Shown here: positions 9,082 to 16,127 of the stretch, one piece after another
Position numbering within the stretch: position 1 is the first letter of the stretch
How the letters are laid out: every line of letters begins with the position of its first letter
Assembly: GCA_036170335.1 (NCBI GenBank)
Contig: JAVHOZ010000058.1
Span: 1 to 39,452, forward strand
Source of the DNA: Candidatus Magasanikiibacteriota bacterium
GTDB taxonomy: Bacteria > Patescibacteriota > Patescibacteriia > Magasanikbacterales > GWA2-37-8
Reading direction: 5' to 3'
Length of the DNA: 39,452 nucleotides
The notes under the pieces: model-generated
Database searches by the model: none
Told to the model about the DNA's origin: nothing
What the model saw: only the letters and a program-made list of their open reading frames with translations
Translations under genes and position numbers: made by a program

Positions 9082-11159
9082 GGTAACGGATTATTTGCTT
9101 TAATATCAACAAAACAATTTTCTATTCCATCTTTGGCAGTAGTAACCTTTCCATTGCAACAAAATTCACTGCCTATCTTATTTTCAACACCACAACAATT
9201 CATTTTTAATAAAGGATCAGACAAATCACAAACTTTTGAATCTAATTTTTCTTTTGATACCAAATCCTTTGGCCCCACACCCGGATAAAAACAGTTAAAA
9301 TGCGCATCCTCCACACTGGAACTAACTATCGGAATATACATTTGTTTTTTATCATCCAAAAATGGACCATGGAGGATGTCGAAAGTCTGATAATCCATAT
9401 GTACAAAAGGAACTTTCCATAACGAATCACCAACAGGAACTGGATATTCTTCTATACTTATAAAATAAGCAGACTCACCTCGCATACGTTTACTAAAATA
9501 CAAACTTAGTTTGGCGTCTTTTGGCACATTTTGACCATTTACTCCCGGAGTGATAGTCATTATATATGGAGAAACAGCATCGATTGCATCTTTTATTTGA
9601 AAATTCCAAAAATAATTATCCGGCTCTTTCCATTTGTCAAAAACCGGCAAAGTGGTAGTAGCGGTTTGAGCTTTTCCATCCGGTTGACCATCTAGCTTCA
9701 CACTGTTTCCATCCAAGGCATTTCCAGACATATCGGCTATTCCACTAAACGGGATACTTTCAAAAGTGTTTGGCAAAGTTTTGGCAGCTTCTAATAACAT
9801 CTGATAATTATCAAACAAATGTTTTTCAGCATCAGCTTGGCAGTTGGCACCCGGTTTGTCACAGACAGGCAAACAATAAATCGGATAACCACAAGCATTT
9901 TTGCCACACTCTTTGCTCGGAGTAAATTCTAATGTCTGATAATTATTTATTAAGCTAAAACTTCCAATCGGTACAGTACTGCTTGGAGCATCAGAAAATA
10001 TTTTATTTCCAGTTAAAGCATAATAAGTTTTGGCTCCAAAAGCGGTAGCACCAAAAACACCTTGCACACCGGAAGGATCCATCGGCTCGCTAAAAGAAAT
10101 TTGGATTACTGAATTTTTGTATTCAACCTTATCCTTGCCTGGGAACACATCAACCACATGTGGAGGTGCGGTATCCAATAATGTACTACAAGTAAACTGC
10201 CAAATGTATAAAGGAGGGTTTTGATTTTGAAAAATTGAAGGATTGTTGTTGGTAACATCATCAGCTAAAATACCACTTCCCAAATGCACAATATAAGATA
10301 CTAAATCACTGGTATTTCCCAAATAACCACCTTCACCGTCGGTGATTGGTTTTAATACAATCGTATAAACTCCGGTAATATTATTTACTGTACTAGTAGC
10401 AGCAGTAATAATCAACGCTTTGATAGATTGACCATTGTCCGCTTGAGAAACATTGATAAATTTATCTGATAATTTACCAAGTGTTGAGGTGACATGATCA
10501 CAATTATTAAACCAATTAAAATTGGCCTTATCGGTATTTATGCAATCGCCAAAGGTGCCATTACCGTTGAAATCATCGACAAAGCTGGACAATAAAATAG
10601 GTTTGGCAAAAGTAATGACGATCTTGGTATTGCGTGGTACATCTTTCTGGTTGCGAGCGGGATAATGATCTTTGATGACCTTTCCCAACGCACCACTACC
10701 AGAAAAATTTTGCGCACCCGGGGCATAGACAGCAGAATTGGTACCACCGCCATCTCCCACTCCCAATATTTTCATAATATATGAAACAATACTAAAAGCA
10801 CTCAAAATAATCGCCAAACCAATGGTCGCATTGCGGAGAATATTTTTGGCTTGAGTGATCTGTTCGTCATTGCCACCGGCTGTCATCCAAAGATAACCGG
10901 CATATAACATCAAACAAACCACAACAATCCCAAGCAAACCAAGCGCACCGCGAATAATGCGAGCAATAATCAAACGAATATCAATAGAGGCCAAACCTAA
11001 CGGTTGTTCAACAACTTTTAAACCCTGCAACACTTGACCGTTTGGATCAGCTACGCTTTGAGCAGAAGCGGTCTGAAAAACAAAAAAAACCGCTACTAAG
11101 ATAAGCCCTAGTATAGTAGCGGTTTTTAAAAATCTATTTTTTGATAACCATTGAAGCAT
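9078..11159 (-). CDS. secreted pilin-module-anchored surface protein with SbsA/Big_5-like Ig domains and a Cys-rich C-terminus; paralog of the giant protein N-terminus
   Basis: 693-aa ORF with signal peptide (ASA/QS). It then reads IDIRLIIARIIRGALGLLGIVVVCLMLYAGYLWMTAGGNDEQITQAKNILRNATIGLAIILSAFSIVSYIM, which aligns residue-for-residue with the giant ORF N-terminus. PHVVDVFPGKDKVEYKNSVIQISFSEPMDPSGV and ITPGVNGQNVPKDAKLSLYFSKRM look like Big_5 starts. The TGA overlaps the downstream ATG. Confidence 0.8.
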   Translation of the reverse strand: MLQWLSKNRFLKTATILGLILVAVFFVFQTASAQSVADPNGQVLQGLKVVEQPLGLASIDIRLIIARIIRGALGLLGIVVVCLMLYAGYLWMTAGGNDEQITQAKNILRNATIGLAIILSAFSIVSYIMKILGVGDGGGTNSAVYAPGAQNFSGSGALGKVIKDHYPARNQKDVPRNTKIVITFAKPILLSSFVDDFNGNGTFGDCINTDKANFNWFNNCDHVTSTLGKLSDKFINVSQADNGQSIKALIITAATSTVNNITGVYTIVLKPITDGEGGYLGNTSDLVSYIVHLGSGILADDVTNNNPSIFQNQNPPLYIWQFTCSTLLDTAPPHVVDVFPGKDKVEYKNSVIQISFSEPMDPSGVQGVFGATAFGAKTYYALTGNKIFSDAPSSTVPIGSFSLINNYQTLEFTPSKECGKNACGYPIYCLPVCDKPGANCQADAEKHLFDNYQMLLEAAKTLPNTFESIPFSGIADMSGNALDGNSVKLDGQPDGKAQTATTTLPVFDKWKEPDNYFWNFQIKDAIDAVSPYIMTITPGVNGQNVPKDAKLSLYFSKRMRGESAYFISIEEYPVPVGDSLWKVPFVHMDYQTFDILHGPFLDDKKQMYIPIVSSSVEDAHFNCFYPGVGPKDLVSKEKLDSKVCDLSDPLLKMNCCGVENKIGSEFCCNGKVTTAKDGIENCFVDIKANNPLP
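10761..11159 (-). other. signal peptide plus VirB2/TrbC-like pilin module of the 693-aa protein
   Basis: Same two-helix hairpin with a GG(N/D)DE loop as at 8710..9081. Confidence 0.6.
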
Positions 11160-11180
11160 GGGACAATGGACACAAAATAA

Positions 11181-11417
11181 TTAAAACTTTTTTCTGGTAT
11201 CTTCTGGCAAACGGCCAATCTTTTTGAGATATTCCATTTTGCCGGCTACTTTAAGACTGTGCAACGCACTTTTTTTAGTCATGTTGCGACTCTTATCTTT
11301 TTCGTGATATCTAATTTTTTTAACCTGTAAAATCTTACCGGATTGTTGCCAACGTTTTTTGACGCGGCGCATATAAGATTCAAAAGATTCATTTTTTCGA
11401 CGTTTTATCTCAGACAC
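11181..11417 (-). CDS. rpsU: 30S ribosomal protein S21
   Basis: 78 aa and very basic. ESFESYMRRVKKRWQQSGKILQVKKIRYHEKDKSRNMTKKSAL fits the S21 pattern (E.FE.ALRRFKR...G.....RR..YEKP...RK.K). GTG start preceded by GGAGGTGA. Confidence 0.75.
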   Translation of the reverse strand: MSEIKRRKNESFESYMRRVKKRWQQSGKILQVKKIRYHEKDKSRNMTKKSALHSLKVAGKMEYLKKIGRLPEDTRKKF

Positions 11418-11485
11418 ATTAATTCACCTCCGTTACAAATTATTAATTAAAAAGCAATAAAATTGCTGAACCTATTATATACCAA

Positions 11486-12916
11486 TTATTTCTTATCGTC
11501 AAATTTTCCTAGTTTCCTTTTTAACACTGGAATCAACTTTTTTTGATCCACAATTTCTTGGATACCAGACTCCATATCCCGAATAATAGCCGTACCATCC
11601 TGGACTTCTTTTTGACCAATAATCACCGCGAAAGGTACTTTCAGATTATCCGCTAACTCTAATTGAGTTTTCAAAGAAGTTTTGCACAAATTAAAAGCAA
11701 TTTTGACTCCACCAAACCTCAACTCATCAATAATTTTCAAAGTGATCCGTCGGGCTTCGTCGCCCAATTGAGCTACAAACGCTTCCGTTGGTACTTTTTT
11801 TATTTCCAGATGATGTTTTTCGTTGTATTGTTTTAAGGCCAAGACACTTCGTTCCAATCCTAGTGCCACCCCCACTGCCGGAGTAGGTCGTCCACCCATT
11901 TCTTCTACCAACAAGTCATAGCGTCCACCGCCACCCAAAGCACTTTGAGCGCTTATTTCTGCATCGGCTACATACACTTCAAACACGGTGTGTGTATAAT
12001 AATTCAGTCCACGCACCAAAGTCGAATCGAGTTGATAAGGAATACTTAATTCATCCAAATATTCCAAAACTTTCATAAAATGATTTTTTGATTCCACCCC
12101 CAACCAGTTGATAATTTGTGGAGCATCTTCTTTGACACTTTGACAGCGTTCTTCTTTACAGTCCAATAAACGCATCGGATTTTTCACCAAACGATTGCGA
12201 CATTCTTCACAAAGATAAGAGCGTTTACTGCGATAATAATTTACCAATTCTATTTTGTAAGTCGCACGCTCGGCAGGGGTACCCAAACTATTGATATGTA
12301 TCTCAACTGGCAAACCTAAATCTTTATAAAAATTAAAAGCAATCAAAATCATCTCCGCATCAGCTGATGGATCAGCGTGACCGAAAGTCTCAAAACCTAC
12401 TTGATGAAATTGACGATAGCGACCGGCTTGAGGACGATCATGTCTAAACATTGGAGCAAAATACCATAATTTTACCGGCTGAGGCATATTCCACATACCG
12501 TGCATAATATAGGCACGCACTGCGGCCGCGGTCAGCTCCGGACGCATACAAACTTTGACACCATCTTTGTCTTCAAAAACATACATTTCTTTGTCTACTA
12601 CATCTGTACCCTTGCCAAGTGAACGAACAAACAAACCAATTTCTTCTAGAATTGGAGTTTCTAAACGACCAAATTGAAAATGTGAGGCCAAATTACTGGC
12701 GTTTTGATACATTGGTTTCCAGTATTTTTCATCCTTTGGCAATATATCATGCATGCCACGCAAAAGATTGTAAGTTTTTTTACCACGTTCAGAGGCTGAA
12801 GTATCTTTTTCTTGTTTTCCAGCAGGTGTGGCTTTGGAAGTTTTTTCTTTAACGGATTTTACTATTTTTTTTACTTCCACTTTTTTTGGCATCACTTTTT
12901 TTTCTTTTTTTGACAT
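11486..12916 (-). CDS. hisS: histidine--tRNA ligase with a Lys-rich N-terminal extension
   Basis: LRGMHDILP (the GM.D.LP motif), RPELTAAAVR, FAPMFRHDRPQAGRYRQFHQ and GGGGRYD are class II HisRS motifs. I trimmed the start to ATG 12916 (MSKKEKK) because the track's longer start overlaps lepB. Confidence 0.9.
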   Translation of the reverse strand: MSKKEKKVMPKKVEVKKIVKSVKEKTSKATPAGKQEKDTSASERGKKTYNLLRGMHDILPKDEKYWKPMYQNASNLASHFQFGRLETPILEEIGLFVRSLGKGTDVVDKEMYVFEDKDGVKVCMRPELTAAAVRAYIMHGMWNMPQPVKLWYFAPMFRHDRPQAGRYRQFHQVGFETFGHADPSADAEMILIAFNFYKDLGLPVEIHINSLGTPAERATYKIELVNYYRSKRSYLCEECRNRLVKNPMRLLDCKEERCQSVKEDAPQIINWLGVESKNHFMKVLEYLDELSIPYQLDSTLVRGLNYYTHTVFEVYVADAEISAQSALGGGGRYDLLVEEMGGRPTPAVGVALGLERSVLALKQYNEKHHLEIKKVPTEAFVAQLGDEARRITLKIIDELRFGGVKIAFNLCKTSLKTQLELADNLKVPFAVIIGQKEVQDGTAIIRDMESGIQEIVDQKKLIPVLKRKLGKFDDKK

Positions 12917-12923
12917 ATTTTTT

Positions 12924-13529
12924 TTAATAAGTAGGAGTTTCAAAAACTTGAATACGATCAAGAGGCCAACCGCGCAGCCAAGTACGTCCAACGATAAAAT
13001 TTTCATCAACCGGACCAAACCGACGGGAGTCAAAACTATTCTGACGATTATCCCCCATCATAAAATATTGATTGTTGCTAAGTGAAAGAATTTTTTCTCC
13101 TTCAGTGACAACATCAGAGGGTATATAATTTTCTTTTACAACAAATCCTTCCGGGTAAGCATCATTATAAATAGTAACTACCCCTTCAGAAACTTTTACT
13201 CTTTCCCCCGGCAAACCAATAACACGTTTCAAAAAATATTCTTTTGGATTGTTGGGGTAACGAAATACTACCACATCACCACGTTTTGGTTCGTGCAAAC
13301 GATAGTTCAATTCATCAATAATTAAATATTCATGATCCTTATAATTTGGTTCCATTGACGCACCTTTGACATAAAACGGTTTAAATAAAAAATAACGCAC
13401 TAAGGCAATGGTAATACCGGCCAAAACAGCGACTTTTATGAATTCCAGCAACGCCAAACCGGCGCCAGCCATATAGCGTTTTAAGTAGCTTAACGTTACC
13501 GACCAAAATTGATTTTTTTGTTCAGACAT
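12924..13529 (-). CDS. lepB: signal peptidase I
   Basis: N-terminal TM helix, then GASMEPN (catalytic Ser box), GDVVVF, KRVIGLPGE and GDNRQNSFDSR. Confidence 0.9.
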   Translation of the reverse strand: MSEQKNQFWSVTLSYLKRYMAGAGLALLEFIKVAVLAGITIALVRYFLFKPFYVKGASMEPNYKDHEYLIIDELNYRLHEPKRGDVVVFRYPNNPKEYFLKRVIGLPGERVKVSEGVVTIYNDAYPEGFVVKENYIPSDVVTEGEKILSLSNNQYFMMGDNRQNSFDSRRFGPVDENFIVGRTWLRGWPLDRIQVFETPTY

Positions 13530-13551
13530 AATTTATTTTTTGTTAGCTGTT

Positions 13552-13580
13552 ATAATACTATATTTTTTTACTTTTGGCAA
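13552..13580 (-). promoter_or_regulatory. sigma70-like promoter for lepB-hisS (TTGCCA-17-TATTAT)
   Basis: Minus-strand TTGCCA at 13580-13575 and TATTAT at 13557-13552, with a 17-nt spacer. It sits just downstream of the tRNA terminator. Confidence 0.45.
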
Positions 13581-13584
13581 ATTT

Positions 13585-13611
13585 AAAAATCCCGAAATAA
13601 ACGGGATTTTG
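13585..13611 (-). terminator. rho-independent terminator after tRNA-Tyr
   Basis: AAAATCCCG(13586-13594)/CGGGATTTT(13602-13610) hairpin, followed on the minus strand by a U-run. Confidence 0.6.
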
Positions 13612-13877
13612 TGGGCAGAGAAGGATTCGAACCTTCGAAGGCGGAGCCAACAGATTTCACTTATCCATAAGTTTCCTTACAGCATGGACTATATCTTTAC
13701 CCGCGAAGGGTACTCTGGTATCTAGTCTCTACGGCGCTCCCCGAACATTTCGGAGTTCCCACGGTATTAGCATCTCCCAGAGCCTTCACCGTTATCCCAG
13801 AGAGTTCATCCTGGAGTTTCCCCCAAGAGCTGCAATTGTTCACAGTCTGTCCCATTTAACCACTTTGGTATCTGCCC
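13612..13877 (-). tRNA. tRNA-Tyr(GUA), type II (long variable arm), interrupted by a 184-nt group I intron; CCA not encoded
   Basis: The joined exons give GGGCAGA TA CCA AAGTGGTTAAA TGG G ACAGA CTGTAAA TCTGT TGGCTCCGCCTTC GAAGG TTCGAAT CCTTC TCTGCCC A (82 nt). This has the same segment lengths as E. coli tRNA-Tyr (from memory), and shares AGACTGTAAATCTG and CTTCGAAGGTTCGAATCCTTC with it. Discriminator is A73. Confidence 0.9.
13658..13841 (-). ncRNA. group I intron (IC3-like, ORF-less) in the tRNA-Tyr anticodon loop between U35 and A36
   Basis: The 5' exon ends in U, and exon CUGU pairs with intron GCAG (P1, U-G wobble at the splice site). The intron ends in G. Core elements are GTAGAGACTAGA (J6/7-P7, identical to the Azoarcus intron as I recall it), a TACCC-TTCGC-GGGTA hairpin (P8), GGGTAAAGATATAGTCC (compare Anabaena GGGUAAAGAGAGAGUCC), and P7 GACTA/TAGTC complementarity. 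Confidence 0.85.
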
Positions 13878-13882
13878 AATTG

Positions 13883-14206
13883 TTATATTTTTAAAAAACT
13901 TTTTGCTAAATTAATATTTTTTTCTTGTTTATTTTTCGACGCTGTTAGTCGTAAATTAATACAGCTTTTATTGATATGTTTAACCGGTATATAATAAATA
14001 TTTTTTGAAATAATATCTACTGCCGCCAAAATTTCAAAATCTTTCTTTGAATAATTTATTACATCCCAATTATTAGACGACCGACAATTAATGATCATCA
14101 CACCATTCTTGGGTACAACGGTTTTAACTTGCACCCTTTTCATCTTACCGTTTTTTTCGATTATCAAATCATATTGAGTGTTTTCGCTAATCGGAAACGA
14201 AACCAT
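13883..14206 (-). CDS. PD-(D/E)xK homing-endonuclease-like protein (I-Ssp6803I / PDDEXK_5-like). The ATG-initiated part is given here; the family N-terminus continues upstream to 14275 across an in-frame TGA
   Basis: 107-aa ORF reading VSFPISENTQYDLIIEKNGKMKRVQVKT...DFEILAAVDIISKNIYYIPV. This fits the recalled family pattern (YDLI..(n)..R/KVQVKT, then ...YIIP). Upstream and in the same frame is MHTKIKGDIGELLVAADLLEKG-TGA-MVSFP (14275..14207), which matches the family N-terminal helix KGD..E..V...L...G. Confidence 0.65.
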   Translation of the reverse strand: MVSFPISENTQYDLIIEKNGKMKRVQVKTVVPKNGVMIINCRSSNNWDVINYSKKDFEILAAVDIISKNIYYIPVKHINKSCINLRLTASKNKQEKNINLAKSFLKI

Positions 14207-14290
14207 TCATCCTTTTTCTAAAAGATCTGCGGCTACTAACAATTCCCCTATGTCCCCCTTAATTTTAGTATGCATAACTTGTAAAAAAAG

Positions 14291-14363
14291 AGCCGGGAAC
14301 AGGACTCGAACCTGCGACCCGCACTTTACAAAAGTGCTGCTCTACCAACTGAGCTAACCCGGC
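14291..14363 (-). tRNA. tRNA-Thr(UGU)
   Basis: GCCGGGT TA GCTC AGTTGGTA GAGC A GCACT TTTGTAA AGTGC GGGTC GCAGG TTCGAGT CCTGT TCCCGGC T. 73-nt cloverleaf with one U-U mismatch at 7:66. Confidence 0.9.
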
Positions 14364-14380
14364 ATATATAATATACCCAG

Positions 14381-14453
14381 AGCCGTTATCGGGAATCGAA
14401 CCCGAGACCTTTTCCTTACCATGGAAATGCTCTACCAACTGAGCTACAACGGC
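14381..14453 (-). tRNA. tRNA-Thr(GGU)
   Basis: GCCGTTG TA GCTC AGTTGGTA GAGC A TTTCC ATGGTAA GGAAA AGGTC TCGGG TTCGATT CCCGA TAACGGC T. 73-nt cloverleaf. Confidence 0.9.
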
Positions 14454-14458
14454 GTTAT

Positions 14459-15358
14459 TTATATTTTATCAATACGACCCTTGAAATCAGCTAGCTTTGA
14501 ATTTTCCGGATTTACTAAACGTAAATTTTGGTAAGCTTGGGTGGCCAATTTATTATCTTGACATAGTATAGCAGTTTCTATCAGTAAGTCAAGATACTTT
14601 GGATTTTGTGGTTCGAGTTCTACCGCCTGTAAAATAGCCTCTTTGGCTACCAACGGTTGACTTACTTTCAAAAGCAATTCCGCTAGATGAGCAAAGCGTG
14701 GCGACAGTGAATCGTTGGCCACCACTGCACGTTGATAGTACTCTATTGCTTCATCGATATTATTTTGCGCCTCAGCCATTTCCGCCAACCGCACCATAAC
14801 CGCGTCATTTTCCGGTTCCAACTGCAACAAAAACATAAAAGTCTGTTTGGCCTCTTCGGTAGAATTTTTCTTAATGTACACTTCAGCTAAACCACGATAA
14901 GCCGACGCCGCTTTTACATTCATTTTAATAGCAGAGATAAAAGCGTGTTCAGCTTGATCTAAATTGTCCAATTGTAAGTTTTGTTCACCTTCTTGTATTA
15001 AACTATTTAGCTTGTTTTCTTTTTCTTCTACCGTCAACAAACTTTGTTCAGCTTTAGTTTTAACCATTTCTTCGTGATGAATCAAACGTTCAATCTTGCC
15101 AACATATATCCTAAACTTCAACTGGAACCGGCGCCATATTTTGTCTATAGGGCGCAATTTTGCACCAAGTTTGGCGCGTGTTTCCTTAGTGTGAGTTTCA
15201 ATTCTTTTGGTAATAATCTCATATTTTTTGCGTGAAGTTTTTTCCTGTGGCAAACTATCCACATCCAAATTGGATAGCTGTGGGGTTTTTTTCCAAATAA
15301 CAAAAACAATTACCCCAAGACAAACCAGCACTACTAATAAAAACAGGATATTAAACAT
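14459..15358 (-). CDS. membrane-anchored tetratricopeptide (TPR) repeat protein
   Basis: N-terminal TM helix (FNILFLLVVLVCLGVIVFVIW), then TPR-like helical repeats (AEHAFISAIKMNVKAASAYRGLAEVYIK..., IDEAIEYYQRAVVAND...). Start trimmed to ATG 15358 to avoid overlap with tpiA. Confidence 0.7.
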   Translation of the reverse strand: MFNILFLLVVLVCLGVIVFVIWKKTPQLSNLDVDSLPQEKTSRKKYEIITKRIETHTKETRAKLGAKLRPIDKIWRRFQLKFRIYVGKIERLIHHEEMVKTKAEQSLLTVEEKENKLNSLIQEGEQNLQLDNLDQAEHAFISAIKMNVKAASAYRGLAEVYIKKNSTEEAKQTFMFLLQLEPENDAVMVRLAEMAEAQNNIDEAIEYYQRAVVANDSLSPRFAHLAELLLKVSQPLVAKEAILQAVELEPQNPKYLDLLIETAILCQDNKLATQAYQNLRLVNPENSKLADFKGRIDKI

Positions 15359-15363
15359 ATGAT

Positions 15364-16122
15364 TTAGCTGGCATTTTGCACAATTTGTAGCCAACTGTCA
15401 AGCTTGGCAGAGGCACCACCAACCAAAACACCGCTAATATTGGGCTGTTTCATGAATTCTTTAATATTACCGCCATTGACACTGCCGCCATATAATATTA
15501 CAACTTCGGTTTCTTTGACCAAACTTTCTGCCATCTTTCCTATCATTGCGCACATTTTTTCCGCTTCAATCGGATCACAATGATTACCGGTACCTATCGC
15601 CCACACCGGTTCATAAGCAATAAACAATTTTGATTTTGGTTTCCATTTTAAATTATCCAGTGCTGCCCGTAATTGAATTTCTACCACATCTTTGGCTTTG
15701 TCCGCTTTTCTTTCTTTAGTTGTTTCGCCTACACACAATACTGGCACCAAACCAACTGATAAAACTGCTTCCAATTTTTGATGCACTTCATGATTAGTTT
15801 CACCAAACAAATGTCGGCGTTCAGAATGTCCCACTAGAGTAAATTTCGCGCCGGCATTTTTATACATTATTGCTGAATTTTCTCCGGTAAATCCACCTCT
15901 ATCTTCAAAATGAACATTTTGTGCGCCGCTGGCAATTCCGACATCGGTTAAAACTTGCGCAACCGGATAAAAAGAAAGAGCACTAGGAAAAATTACCATT
16001 TTTATTTTCTTGGCAAAATCCGGAGATGCCAAAGCCAAAGCATTCGCCAAGATATTACTTTCATCATAATCCAAATACATCTTCCAGTTCGCAAACAGGT
16101 AAACTTTTTTGGATGTAGACAT
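15364..16122 (-). CDS. tpiA: triosephosphate isomerase
   Basis: ANWKMY, VGHSERR, AYEPVWAIGTG and LYGGSV motifs. Confidence 0.93.
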   Translation of the reverse strand: MSTSKKVYLFANWKMYLDYDESNILANALALASPDFAKKIKMVIFPSALSFYPVAQVLTDVGIASGAQNVHFEDRGGFTGENSAIMYKNAGAKFTLVGHSERRHLFGETNHEVHQKLEAVLSVGLVPVLCVGETTKERKADKAKDVVEIQLRAALDNLKWKPKSKLFIAYEPVWAIGTGNHCDPIEAEKMCAMIGKMAESLVKETEVVILYGGSVNGGNIKEFMKQPNISGVLVGGASAKLDSWLQIVQNAS

Positions 16123-16127
16123 ATAAT

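Noticed and set aside
13540-13725. 61-aa plus-strand ORF
   Set aside because: It lies antisense across the tRNA-Tyr 3' exon, its terminator and part of the group I intron. The RNA gene explains the sequence.
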